The position numbers were made by a program, and so were the translations under genes. Shown piece after piece: positions 25,278 through 39,557 of a stretch of DNA of 64,000 bases. The DNA comes from Eledone cirrhosa. Taxonomy: Eukaryota. The stretch lies in assembly GCA_964016885.1 (NCBI GenBank), contig OZ024746.1, positions 82,584,001 to 82,648,000 on the forward strand, given 5' to 3'. The first letter of the stretch is position 1. Every line of letters starts with the position of its first letter. Under the pieces are notes generated by a model, which worked only from the letters and a program-made list of their open reading frames with translations, was not told the DNA's origin and did no database searches.

Positions 25278-27000
25278 GATGCACGCTTAACAAATATTTA
25301 TTGTTGTTAAGCATTACATTAAGTTCTATAAAGCCTCATTTTCGCATTAATATTTTAAAAACTTTTAAAGAAAACTTTGAAAGGCAACTAGCTAATTCTT
25401 TTATTGATTAATTAAAAAAAATCTTCCTACTAAAAAGCCACGGATTTTTACAACTGTTAATGGTGAAGTAATCATAATTTATTTATCATTTATAGATGTC
25501 ATTCCCATGATGTTTTAATTTTTCTAGAGTAGTCATATTTAAAAAATATTATTTATATTTTTAATTAAAAACAATATTATTTATATTTTTAATTTAAATT
25601 AAATTCTATATATTATATATAATTAAAACATTTATATATTTTAGATCCTTATCTATGGATTATTATTTTTCTTAAACCTTTCTTATATAGGCACAAGGCT
25701 AACAATTTTTGGGGAGGGGTAAGTCGATTAAATCGACCAGTACGTGACTGGTACTTTATTTTATCGACTCCGTAAGGATGAATCGATTCCATAATGATTT
25801 CTAATGATCAATGAGCAGGGCAGATAGAAAGTAGAAAAGTCTGAAAGGGAAAGGTGATGAAGAAAAAGGAAGCGAGAGGTATGAGAAGTCATCCCGATTT
25901 TTAAAGTGGCCGGTAGAACAGTCCAGTCACCTTAACGACGTGCAGCTAACCCGGTGTAAAGAATACAAGCCCCTCCTGATAATCTAAAATCGCTTCCACA
26001 TTGTCCTCCGTGTGTAGCTTGAACATAGGTTTTAATTACCCTTGCGCTGTTCATACCTCTCTGATTTAGCTAAACTGATAAATTTTAATGCCCACAATTA
26101 ATGATACATATATTGCATAGAATATGTGAAACATACAAGATTGTCAGCTAGTCATAAATGTGTAAAAAAGATTAATTTAACGAACATTTTTATTATGCCT
26201 TAAAAAAGAAATGCCATGGAAAAGAAATAACAACAATAATAATGATTTCTTTATTAAAAATAACAATAATAATAATTTCTAATTTTGGCATAAGGCCAGC
26301 AATTTAGGGAAAAAGAAAGTCGATTATTTCTTTTTTTTATCAATCACCTCAACAACAACAATTCTTTTATTAGCCATAAAGTACAAAGGAGATTGGCGAA
26401 TGATTTGCGGGTAGGTGGAATTTAATCTGAAATTAAAGGGGAGTAAGATTAAATTATCTTCAAGCTAATCCCAGGAGTAATTTGAAATCTATTTCATCGT
26501 ACCTCATAGTAATCTGAACACGATTTCAAGTTACCGAGGGTAAAGTAAAGCAGGGGTAATCTAAAATTGTTACACCGGCTTCGTCAGGACGAGACCGGGA
26601 TCAATTTATCATTTCAGATCGTTTAAACCAGAATTACCCAAATCTTTTCAGACGATCTTTCCATTAAAATTATACTGTGATAATTAAACAGAAAAAAAAA
26701 TCGTTTAATTTTATTTAAGATAGGCAAAGGGTCCTTCACGTTTGCTGTAGCCGGAAGGGTGCTGTTTTGAGACACACGGTGTATCTTGGGCATTTTAAAA
26801 CTGCTGAAACATATCCCTCTCCAGGCTGGAACACAGTCAATTTCTTCCAGAGAAATAACGAATCGACCCCCACTACGGGATTGGTTCTTTATTTATCGAA
26901 CGTGAAAGGATAAACGGAAAAGTTAATCTCTCGGCGTGAATTGAACTCAGAAGCAATTTTAACACGCCGTCCTAGTGTTTCTGACAATATATATATATAT

Positions 27001-27763
<763 letters not shown>

Positions 27764-27803
27764 TGTTATACTTTGGGAGGGTCATGTTGCAAATTCAGAA
27801 ACG

Positions 27804-27869
<66 letters not shown>

Positions 27870-27874
<5 letters not shown>

Positions 27875-28476
27875 ACGTCAAGACGGGGGTCTCAAAAGTG
27901 AAAGTAAATTTATTTTCATTTTCGAACGTCGTGTTTACATTTTGTGTGTGTTTAGATCTAAATTAGTTACTGAGATTAAAGACAGAATCAGAGCCTCTGT
28001 CGTTTTAACTGATTATATATATATATGTATATGTGTGTGTGTGTGTGTAGTTGACGGTTGAGAGAAGAGTACTCAATACCGAAGTAATCTTGTAATGAGG
28101 CTTGTAGAATGGTGAGTCCGCCATTCTAGACGCTGCTGCCCTGTAGAAGTCCCAAATCGAAGCTCTGACACTCTCGTCCCCATCATTCAGCAGGGATTTT
28201 GCCAGGCAGCCGCATCATCTCCGATGGTTGGGCTTCCTATTCGGAAATTGAAGGTGGGATTTACGTTCATGATGTTGTGGTGCACGAACGGAACTTTGTA
28301 GATCCTGCGGACCTTGATGTGCACACACAGCTCATAAAGAACACATGGAGCCGTGCAAAGAAGAAGCTTCGTCGCCAGCATGTTTCGTTTGAACACACAC
28401 ACAAAATGTAAACACGACGTTCGAAAATGAAAATAAATTTATTTCACTTTTGAGACCGCCCGTCTTGACGTATGCC
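27870..28476 (+). mobile_element. Internally deleted Merlin (IS1016/ISXO2-like) DNA transposon
   Basis: ~83-bp TIRs (GGCATACGTCAAGACGGG...CCCGTCTTGACGTATGCC). Internal fragment VEVPNRSSDTLVPII../ILPGSRIISDGWASY...HDVVVHERNFVDP...HTQLIKNTW carries ISXO2-type DDE motifs. Confidence 0.85.
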
Positions 28477-29731
28477 TATATATATAATTTATTGTATAAC
28501 TAGCTGACGGTCTTACAAGCAAATACAAGCTGGTCTTCATTAATCCGGTAAGCAAGGTGTCGGGGTAGCGGATTTTCCGAACTAATGAAGCTTAGGATAA
28601 AAAAACGGCAAAATAAGTTTCTAATTTAGGCGCAAGACCAACGATTTAAGGGAAGAGGAAAGTCGATTTATAACCCAACTACTTGACTGGTACTTTATTT
28701 TATCGAACCCGGAATGAAGAAAGGCAAAGTTGACATTGGCAGGATTTGAACTCAGAACATAAAGAGCCAAAATAAATGCTGCAAAACATTTTGTCCGACT
28801 CTTTAACGATTCTGTCAATCCACTGCCCTCCCCGCTTTTATAATGATTGTTTCTACTTTTGGCACAGGGCCAGCAATTATCTCAGCGCATTACTGGTGCT
28901 TTATTTTATCGACCCAGAAATTTAATGGAAAGGAAGTCGATTAACCTGAAAAAGGACACTATCTTAGAATAGTGTCAGTTATCAACAAGAGGTTTTTCAA
29001 TTGTTTAAGAAGCGATGTAACAAAATGTTTTGGCAGAACACAATCTCAATAGAAATAGGAATCAAGTTTATCAAAATAGGAATAATCTTAATCGAAAACA
29101 CTATATATGAAAAACCGGCATTCGTAGGCTTTGTCCATCAGCTGTCAAAATGTAAAGTAAGCAAATTGGAAACAGAAATAGTTGAATAACAAGTGAGAGT
29201 TTATTCTGAGTTACTTCCCTTATATTATAATTATTACTTTTTATTTATTTATTCAATTAGAGCTAAACACTGAATGCAGTTTGACTCACGTTATCGGCTA
29301 CATATTTTACGATACTAATAAAGCACGGATTAAAATCAATATTTTAGTGAATCATGGAAATGACATTTAAATATCATTTGTTAAATCAATGTTTTTCGAA
29401 ACAATGAGTCTCTAGGGCTCTTGTTACAAATTAGAAAAATTACAACTATGAAAAATATCAAAAAACAAACAAACAATAAATATAAGATTAAAATATCAAC
29501 TTCAGGCTTCAATTAAAATTATGATCAAAAACAATTTTGTACTGAATTTCATGTAAAAATATTGATTTTTTTTTAGCGTAGCAGAAAGCCAGTAGTATTT
29601 GTTAGGAAGCGAGGTGGAGTCGATTGAATCATTTCCAATATATTTGAAGGCTCATATTTTATCGATTTATCGAACTCTGTAGCGACAAAAAATATAGTCG
29701 AACCCAGCGGGATTTGAACTCAGAAGCCGTT

Positions 29732-29777
<46 letters not shown>

Positions 29778-29800
29778 ATTTTATTAAGGCTAAATAGTGA

Positions 29801-29853
29801 GTTTTGTTACTCTGGAGTTTCGCCTGTTTATCACAGGCTCATCAGGCAAGAAC
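29801..29853 (-). ncRNA. Hammerhead ribozyme motif, intact core, imperfect helix I
   Basis: Reverse complement reads ttgc CTGATGA GCCTG tgataaa CAGGC GAAA CTC CA GAG TA acaa. The 3' half of the same family is at 17701-17735 (+). Confidence 0.7.
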
Positions 29854-30009
29854 TAACGTTTCGATAGAAGACAGTATAAACAAAGGAAGACTCGAGGCAG
29901 AGGAGGGGGATTTAATTGACTAAACAAGACTAGCCTTAATAAAATGAATATTAAAACTACTTCGGTATTGAGTACTGTTTTCTCTCGGCCGTTAACCACA
30001 TACCGATAT

Positions 30010-30047
<38 letters not shown>

Positions 30048-30244
30048 GTAGAGGTTATATTTAATTTGTTGGGATACAAAAAGCAAAATATTTTTATAAC
30101 TGATATAAAGCACTCAACAAATTAATTGTAAAAAAAGTAAATATACAATATATTAACAAATGGAAACTATATTTATAAAACCATAATATGTATAATGAAA
30201 TAAATATGGTTTTATAAATATAGTTTCCATTTGTTAATATATTG

Positions 30245-30319
<75 letters not shown>

Positions 30320-32384
30320 ACATATGCGTACATACATACATACATACATACATACATACACATATTATGGTGGATATTTATTCCGACGTCTTTATTCCGA
30401 GTTCAAATCCCCTCGAGTTCAACTTTGCCTTTTTGGGTTGATAAAATAAAGTATCACTAATCCAGTGCAGATGTCGATACTTCTCTCCCTCTCTCTCACC
30501 CAGTCTCTCCCTCTCCCCCCCACTCTCTCTCTCTCGCTCACCTCTCCCTGTTTCTGGAAGAAAATGGCTGTGTTGAAACCACTTATATGTCTTATATGTC
30601 AGTTAGATAATAAAAGAGCACCACTGTTAAACTGTTTTTAGGACATGAGTTGATCTTAATCCAACATTGAGTACACTGTATGTGATAGACAGTCTACTGG
30701 GTAGACTTCATATTATAAATAGACTAGTAAGGACTTTGGTTGAGATAGATATTCTGTTAGGCAATGATAATGATTTCTGATATAGGCACAAGGCCAACGA
30801 CTTTGGGGGAGGGGAAAGTCGATTAAATTGACCCCAGTGCGTTACTGGTACTTTTTTTTATCGACTCCCTGTAAAGCTGAAAGGCAAAGCTAATCTTGAC
30901 AGGATTTGTACTCAGAACGCAAAGGGACGTAACCTCATACCGCAAAGCATATTGTCCGACGCTCTACCGATATTGCCAATGCACCACCTTCTATGAGGCA
31001 ACAATAATGAGATTGGTAGTCCATGAGCCATCCCAAGAAATAGGAGTAGTAATCTGTCTTAAATATGAAGGACACTACTTTGGGTCCCTTATACAAGATG
31101 TTAAGAATATATAAGGTATTCAGAAAAGTACACATAAATGTTGTATTGGTTTCTAATATAAGCAAACATTCTGAGTTCAAATCCTGCCGTGGTCAACTTT
31201 ACTTTCATCTTTCCGGGGTCAATAAAATAAAGTAGCAGTCAAGTGCTAGGGTTTGAATAAATCAACTTTTCCCTTCCCCCATATTTGCTGGCCTTGTTCC
31301 TAAATTAGAAAACCAAGCAGAAGAGAGCACAGACTTTGAAAGTTAATATAATCAATTAAATCACTTCCGACATCAGTATTTGACTGATATTTAATTTATC
31401 GATCTCAGAAGTATGAGATAAAAAATCAACGCTGGTGGGATTTGAGGTGAGAGTGTAAACGAAAATAACTAAATCCCGCAAGACATTTTGTCCGGTATTC
31501 AAGCCATTAATAGCGGTGTAGCGTATCAGAAACAACCTTCACTCTTCCGTTCATATACACAGGCTGGCTTGATATCTCAATAGTTATATCTTTTCTCACT
31601 ATTCTGGTATTGACTTTAAATGAACTAAATTGAAGTACAAGTACAAAGTATTACACAATTTTCTTAAAACAAACTCTTGACCCTTGAACAGACAAGCCAT
31701 TATTTTGTTCCCTTAAAGGTTTTTCTGTATTAGTAATCATAACTATGGACTAAACTATTTACCAACATTAACTTCAACTATTTTGCGTAGACTTAGTCAT
31801 TCCAAATACATTTTATTTTATTTATATTAGCGAACATATTCAGTACCACCTTTAACCACAATCATATTCACGACTATCACACTAACCTACATTTCTCCCT
31901 CGATCCAACGCCCGGGTCTATACACGATACATCGATCTGTAGAAATAGCAGCCAAATTTCTTTCATATCATGTCTCACTAGCTTAAAAAAATAACAGCAT
32001 AGTTCTTAGATATATTTGTTTGAAAAAGAAATGGGATGGTCATATTTGAAATGCTTTGGATCATGGATCTGCTCGATCGAGATTGGCTCGCGGTTAAACA
32101 ATAACAGCAACAAGCTACATTCTCTTTTCCCATTTTCTATTCTGGGTTTTGTTTATTCATATCTTCAATGCCGTTGTACTATAAGCGACTCTTAAAGGAC
32201 AAGGGACATCATTTCTAGAAATTAAGAACTGATTTCACAAAATTAATTTACACATTTATAGTCTTTGCAGGTTTGAGAAAGTACTAGATTGGCGACTGGT
32301 GCGAATAAGAACACACAAACTGTAATATGGTGAGAGACAAGAAAAAGAACCATACAGCATCGTACTTCGTGCGGGTTAACAATT

Positions 32385-32680
32385 GGAATCGGGAACATTA
32401 CAACCTTTACAGTATAGATGCAGCAACTTGTGGAGGAGGCTAGATGCTACCGGCTAGATATAGTCGGAGTTTCCTCAACAAAATTCCGTGGCTCTGGTAC
32501 TGTAAATTTGGATGGAGGATGGAAATTCCACTATTGTGTTGTGGAGCCAGAAATGACTACGCAGGCGGCAGTGGTGATACTCAGCCCCCTGGCTGCCAGA
32601 ATATGTTATGGACTAGATAGCATTAGGAAGAAAGATTTTCCTCTTGAAACTTAGGCTAAAAGATAGGTCTCTGTAGGTGG
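32385..32680 (+). mobile_element. RTE-clade LINE AP-endonuclease fragment
   Basis: QQLVEEARCYRLDIVGVSSTKFRGSGTVNLDGGWKFHY matches the N-terminal APE of RTE/Rex3-type elements; frameshifted downstream. Confidence 0.8.
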
Positions 32681-33643
32681 TTAGAGGCCGCGAGTTGGAA
32701 CAGATAAAATATTAAAATGAGCATTCAATACATATTAGTCGAGAATATATATTTATGAACGTTATTTAACCTTTACAAACATGTTCACAGGTTTCTTGCG
32801 ATCGCTGTAGGAGAGAAACAAAGTTTTCTTTGTATGGATTAAATAATTGTTCCTACTTTTGACACAAAGCCAGCGTTTTGAAAGGAAGATAAAAATTGAT
32901 TAAATCGACCTCACTGCATTACTGGTACTTTATTTTATCGAACTAGTAAGGATGAAAGGCAAAGCTAACCTAGTAGAATCTGAACACAGAACGTAAAGGG
33001 CCGTAACTATATGCAGCAAAGCATGTTGTCGGCCACTCTACCGATTTTGCCAATCGACCAACCTTCTAAGGATTAAATAATGTTAATAACCCCCCCCCCC
33101 ACACACACACAGAGAGGTTCTGACATACTATTTTTCAAAATGGCTGATGTTTTCTTTCTTTCCGTGCTCCCATTTATCCCATTCAGTCTTTTGATGAAGA
33201 ACTGACGACCGAAACGTTAAAGCTTTTTTCATACTAAATCAAGCATTAAACTAATATATATATCATTATATTATATTGTCCTGTATATATACATACACAC
33301 ACATAATCTGTGTATATATATATACACACACATAATCTGTACCATACTTGAAGGAGGTTATCCGAGCGGATATCAGTGGACACGAAATAGAGATAGGACC
33401 ACCTTTATTTCGCGTCCGACTGAAGATCACAGATTTCCGCTTGGATAACTTACATGAAACCATGGATATTTTGAATGAGGTACACACACACAAACACACA
33501 CACAAACACACACACACACACACATTACGGAACAATACATGGACTTGTGGACACATAGATTTGTTTTTTATCTATACATATATATCTTCACATATATATA
33601 ATAATGCATACAGACAGATAAATACACACACACACACACACAC

Positions 33644-33644
<1 letters not shown>

Positions 33645-33674
<30 letters not shown>

Positions 33675-34408
33675 TGTATGTATGCATGCATGCATGTATG
33701 TATGTATGTATGTATGGTATGTATGTATGTATGGTATGTCTGCATGTATGTATGTATGTATGTATGTATGTATGTATGTATGTATGTATGCATGCATGTA
33801 TGCATGCATGTATGTATGTCTGCATGTATGTCTGCATGTATGTATGTATGTATGTATGGTATGTATGTATGTATGGTATGTCTGCATGTATGTATGTATG
33901 TATGTATGTATGCATGCATGTATGCATGCATGTATGTATGTCTGCATGTATGTCTGCATGTATGTATGTATGTATGTATGTATGTATGTCTGCATGTATG
34001 TCTGCATGTATGTATGGTATGTCTGCATGTATGTATGCATGCATGTATGCATGCATGCATGTATGTGTGGTATGTCTGCATGTATGTCTGCATGTATGTA
34101 TGTATGTATGTATGCATGTATGTATGTATGTATGTATGTATGTATGTATGCATGCATGTATGTATGTATGTGTGGTATGTCTGCATGTATGTCTGTATGT
34201 ATGTATGCATGTATGTATGTATGTATGTATGCATGCATGTATGCATGCATGTATGTATGTATGTGTGGTATGTCTGCATGTATGTATGCATGCATGTATG
34301 CATGCATGTATGTATGTATGGTATGTCTGCATGTATGTCTGCATGTATGTATGTATGTATGTATGGTATGTATGTATGCATGTATGTATGTATGGTATGT
34401 ATGTATGT
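33645..34408. repeat. (TATG)n compound microsatellite with CATG/TCTG variants
   Basis: Read directly from the sequence. Confidence 0.95.
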
Positions 34409-34687
34409 GTATTTATTTAGAGCGAGAAAGAAAGAGAGAAGTGATGAGGAATGAATGAGAGATGAGTATCAATGAAAACATGTCGGTATTGCTTTTTAAT
34501 TTATTAAAAGCAAAATAAAAGAATTATTTTCCTATGTTGCTAAGTAAATGTCATTTAAGGCGGGAGGAATATTCCTTAGTTTACGTCTAGTAATTATTTG
34601 TTCCTAAGATCTGTTGCTATTGTCCCTCAATTCAGTCTCAATTTATTTGACTTGCTCTATTATATCTTATTTCGTTGTATTATGTTT

Positions 34688-34861
34688 CAGTATCGGTAGA
34701 GGGTTGGACGCCATGCTTTCTAGCATAGAGTTACGTCTCTTTACAGTCTGAGTTCAAATCCCACCGAGGTTAACTTTGCCTTTCATCCTTACGGGGTCGA
34801 TAAAATAAAGTACCAGTAATACACTGGTATAATTGCTGGCCTTGTGCCAAAAGTAGAAACA
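34688..34861 (+). mobile_element. SINE insertion with 9-bp TSD
   Basis: TSD attatgttt at 34679-34687 and 34862-34870. The empty site is in the duplicate copy at 39842-39850. Confidence 0.9.
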
Positions 34862-35073
34862 ATTATGTTTTATCTTTACATTTATACTATTATGCGCGCG
34901 CGCGCGCGTGTGTGTTTGTGTGTGTGTGTGTCAGTGAGTGTGTACGTGCGCACGTGCATTTCATATTGTGTACTTTGAAAATGTCTCTATATATTGTTTG
35001 CACCTCGTCTGTGTGTTGGACCCTCGTCTGTTCCGATGACACGTGTTCCAGTTGGATCGAACAACGAAACTAC

Positions 35074-35551
35074 CTTCTTCTTCTTCTTCTTCTTCTTCTT
35101 CTTCTTCTTCTTCTTCTTCTTTGCCCACTTATTCCTGAGACGGTCGTGGGGACAGAGTCCTCATACACTCCCTCCAACGGGACCAGTCAGAAGCAACAGT
35201 CTCCAACTGATCCGGCTGGATCCCCAAGCGTGACCAGCCAAGCTCATGGATGTTATCCAACCATCTTGCTCGGGGTCTACCTCCGGGTCTCCCGCCGGGT
35301 CTACCTCCGGGTCTCCCGCCGGGTCTACCCCCGGGTCTCCCGCCGGGTCTACCTCCGGGTCCTCCGCCGGTTGTTTCGCCCGTAAAATCTGTCCAGCAAT
35401 TCTTTCCTGGGACATTCTAACCACATGTCCTCCATAGTATCGAAGCTGTGATCTCTCAGTTTGGAGAAGTAGCGGCTCTACCAGGAGTGGCTCTCTCATC
35501 TCGAGCCTGCTCGAGAAATTAACCTTTAAGTGGCTGCGCATTCCACAGACC
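35074..35551 (-). mobile_element. 5'-truncated RTE-clade LINE 3' end with (AAG)n tail
   Basis: VEPLLLQTERSQLRYYGGHVVRMSQERIAGQIL is the RTE/Rex3 C-terminal segment. Internal 24-bp repeat at 35273-35370; trinucleotide tail at 35074-35120. Confidence 0.85.
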
Positions 35552-35571
35552 TTATATATATATATATATAT

Positions 35572-35621
<50 letters not shown>

Positions 35622-35625
<4 letters not shown>

Positions 35626-35721
35626 ATTGAAAGGTGTGTTTTGTTATTGTTGTTCTTGTTGTTCTTGTTCAAAAATAGATATATTGGTAGATATACATAA
35701 ATAGATAAATGTAGATTGGCA

Positions 35722-35804
<83 letters not shown>

Positions 35805-35882
35805 ATTGAAAGGTGTGTTTTGTTATTGTTGTTCTTGTTCAAAAATAGATATACATAAATAGATAACTGTAGATTGGCAGTA

Positions 35883-35981
<99 letters not shown>

Positions 35982-36077
35982 CTAATCTACAGTTATCTAT
36001 TTATGTATATCTACCAATATATCTATTTTTGAACAAGAACAACAATAACAATAACAAAACACATCTTTCAATACAAT
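35622..36077. repeat. ~80-100-bp unit present twice direct and once inverted, separated by (TA)n
   Basis: ttgtattgaaaggtgtgttttg...gtagattggcag at 35622 and 35801; reverse complement at 35979-36077. Confidence 0.85.
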
Positions 36078-36542
36078 TCCGAAGATAGCTAGATACATAG
36101 GTAGGATAAAGTCATATCTGTTTGATAATGATTTAGAAAATATGGATGGAAATTATTGTAATTGATTTAAATAAATATAAAATAAAATACGGCAATAGTC
36201 GAAGTGACGAGGGAGATAAAGTCAAGGAAATCGAGGAGGATTCAAGCAACTTTACATAGAATATTGTAGTGAAGCAATTATTAAATGACATAGTTTTTAC
36301 TATAAATATCATAGGTTCCATTTTATAGGTACTATGCTAGTGCGCGCACGCACACACACACACACATACACGCACAGACATACACACACACGCGACTGGA
36401 GCTGTTTCATTCGTAAGAAGTCATCAGTTCTATTCCCGTAGACGTCATTTTTATTAACAAATAAAGATGTCTATACTCTATTAACGTATTGAGTACCTTT
36501 CTTAACTATGGTCACCTCACGATAAACATCAGGAATCCACCT

Positions 36543-36581
<39 letters not shown>

Positions 36582-36833
36582 TATATATATATATAATATA
36601 TATAATAACTGTTTCTACTATTGGCACAAGGCCAGCAATTACCCAGTGCATTACTGGTACTTTATTTTATCGACCGCCGTAAGGATGAAAGGTAAAGTCA
36701 ACCTCGGCGGGATTTGAACTCAGATCGTAAAGGGACGTAACTATGCTGCAAAGCATGGCGTCCGACCCTCTACCGATATTGCCAATTCACAATAGTAATA
36801 AACGAAAGATAAATACTTTATATCATCTCTATT

Positions 36834-36911
36834 TATTTTATTATATATATTTCGAAGGTGTAAAGTTTTATGTATGATATGAAGCAAAACACGTCCTCTT
36901 CAGACAAAATA
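36834..36911 (-). ncRNA. Type-I hammerhead ribozyme motif, intact core
   Basis: Reverse complement reads tattttgt CTGAAGA GGAcGTGT...ACACcTTC GAAA TATATA TA ataaaata. Confidence 0.75.
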
Positions 36912-37158
36912 CATAGGAGATATATAATTGTTTCATGATATGCTGGTAGATAAACGAGCTGGATAGATCGGTGACCACCAAGCATATAATATATATATAT
37001 AGTTTAGGGACTGTAATGTCAAGTTACTGTTGGTTCACTAAATTGAGCACTCGATGTGTAGTCACGTCTTTCCAGTATGTACTTTGGGGTTGTACTAAGC
37101 AGAGTGTAATATTAATAATAAGTAAGGACGAGGTGTCAAATTATCATTAAGTTTATTC

Positions 37159-37250
37159 AAGCGTGACACACGTTTCGCGATAGAACAGCTCAAGGTTCGA
37201 TCTCTATTAATCGGGCCCGATTCTGGAAAATCAAAAGCTCACCAGACTTC
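37159..37250 (-). ncRNA. Degenerate hammerhead motif with extended helix II
   Basis: Reverse complement reads gt CTGGTGA GC...(~58 nt)...GC GAAA CGTGTG TC ac, with one core substitution. A related, more decayed copy is at 40412-40499 (-). Confidence 0.5.
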
Positions 37251-38387
37251 TGTTTGCTTAATGACCATATATACAACCTGTCCAATAGGCCGGCATAACC
37301 TGTCCAATAGGCCGGCATATACGGTATATTGCTATTAATAATTTAGCGTTAAGGATGAAAGGCAAAATTAACCTCGGCGGGATTTGAACTTAGATCATAA
37401 ATGGCCGAAACTCTATGCTGTAAAGCATGGCGTCCGACCCTTTACTGATACTGCCAATCCACCGCCCTAATCACTCTAGTTATAATGAATCCTTCTAGAT
37501 TTATAATTAATTTTTGAAAATTCGATACCTCAGTCCATTTTTTCCGGTACCTAGGAGTTCTTTACCCAATTTTTAACTATTATTAGCAGTATCAGAAGAG
37601 GGTCGGACGCCATGCTTTGACGCATAAAGTTACGGCCCTTGCCATTCTGAGTTCAAATCCCGCCGAGGTTAACTTTGCCTTTCATCCTTATGGGGTCGAT
37701 AAAATAAAGTGCCAGTAATGCACTGGCTGATTGCTGGCCTTGTGCCAAAAGTACAATTATTTATAATGATAGACTTTTTCTATAGATATCTGTATTTGGG
37801 AGAACTACACTTCATATATATTTACTACACACAAACCCACAAACACACACACACATACACACACATATACACAGACACAAATATATATATATATATATAT
37901 AACGAAGGAAATGTGGTAAGGAACCAGATGGACCATACGCACCAAAGTACTCAATATATATATAATATCATTCATTTTATCATCATCATTTCAAATTACG
38001 TCCGCTTTTCCCCTGCTTGCAAGGGTGGGACTGGAACTGATTCTGGCTCGATTTCTACAGCTGGATGCCCTTCCTAACACCAACCTCATTTATAGTGAGT
38101 GCTGGGTGCTTTTTTGCCGTGGCACCTACATGTCCACTATACAGTGTGGGCTGGGTGTTTTTTTTGCAGTGGCACCTTCACGACCACTTTGCAGTGGAAT
38201 GATAGGGACCCCAGTCCTATCATCTCATTTCTACAGCTGAGTAAACTGGAGCAATGTGAAATAAAGTGTCTTGCTCAAGGAAACAACACATCACCCGGTC
38301 TGAGAATTGAACTCACAACCTTTCGATTGCAAGGCCAATGCTCTAACCACTAAGCCATGTGTCTCCATGTATATATTTGTATAGGTA

Positions 38388-38455
<68 letters not shown>

Positions 38456-38456
<1 letters not shown>

Positions 38457-38850
38457 CTCCGGCCAACAACTGATTCTTTTTTTCAAATACCACTTTGGAA
38501 GAAGAATCAGGATGGAGAGAGAGGTGCTGTACCCCAGCAAGTTTTATGAAAGGTGGGTGAAAGTGGCGAGAATGGCCCGAGTGAATGGGCCTTCTCTCTA
38601 TATCAGCCTGTAGGTTGAGGAAAAGGAGGAGGAGCGGAAAGGAGTAAAGCTCTTCGTACTCCTGGAGATGAGGGTTGCACATTTTTTTCGGGGGTCTGTG
38701 TTACCCATATAAACTGTCTCCCTCTATTGGGGAAAATCGACTAACTTTTAAATTCCATCTGTGATAACATTTTACACGTTTTTATTGTATGTAAACTTCC
38801 CCCTTTGTATTTGTCCCCTTCTTTTGTGCCCCTGTGGCTAATAAAGAAAT
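38456..38850 (+). mobile_element. 5'-truncated Tx1/L1-like LINE 3' end embedded in (ATCT)n
   Basis: ORF end SGQQLILFFKYHFGRRIRMEREVLYPSKFYERWVKV...* then a 3' UTR ending gtggctAATAAAgaa, with (ATCT)n on both sides. Shorter copies at 46346-46384 (+), 56768-56788 (-) and 56812-56882 (-). Confidence 0.65.
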
Positions 38851-38931
38851 ATATCTATCTATCTATCTATCTATCTATCTACCTATCTATCTATCCTGCT
38901 AGCTAGTTACCTATCTACACCCACACACACA

Positions 38932-38962
<31 letters not shown>

Positions 38963-38963
38963 A

Positions 38964-39324
38964 TATACACACACATAATCTGTACCATACTTGAAGGAGG
39001 TTATCCGAGCGGATATCAGTGGACACGAAATAGAGATAGGACCACCTTTATTTCGCGTCCGACTGAAGATCACAGATTTCCGCTTGGATAACTTACATGA
39101 AACCATGGATATTTTGAATGAGGTACACACACACAAACACACACACAAACACACACACAAACACACACACAAACACACACACACACACACATTACGAAAC
39201 AATACATGGACTTGTGGACACATAGATTTGTTTTTTATCTATACATATATATCTTCACATATATATAATAATGCATACACACACACACACGTGTGTGTAT
39301 ATATATTTAAGTATATATATATGG

Positions 39325-39380
<56 letters not shown>

Positions 39381-39435
39381 ATACTTATATATGTACATAC
39401 ATATATACATACACACACATATATATATGTCTGTG

Positions 39436-39488
<53 letters not shown>

Positions 39489-39495
39489 CTGTGTG

Positions 39496-39557
<62 letters not shown>

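Larger units (their letters stand above)
33321..34893 (+). repeat. Copy A of a local duplication (copy B at 38964-39873)
   Basis: 33321-33611 matches 38964-39278 and 34460-34687 matches 39623-39850 almost exactly; the intervening microsatellites differ. Confidence 0.9.

Noticed and set aside
25940-26028. Short minus-strand ORF MFKLHTEDNVEAILDYQEGLVFFTPG upstream of IQCB1
   Set aside because: 26 codons ending in a stop, with no homology or splice support.
33348-34458. 368-aa ORF starting [13 protein letters not shown] (also at 38991) and the overlapping MYVC/HTYI ORFs
   Set aside because: Non-ATG start. The unique part is a DNA hairpin and the rest is microsatellite read-through; no protein family recognised.
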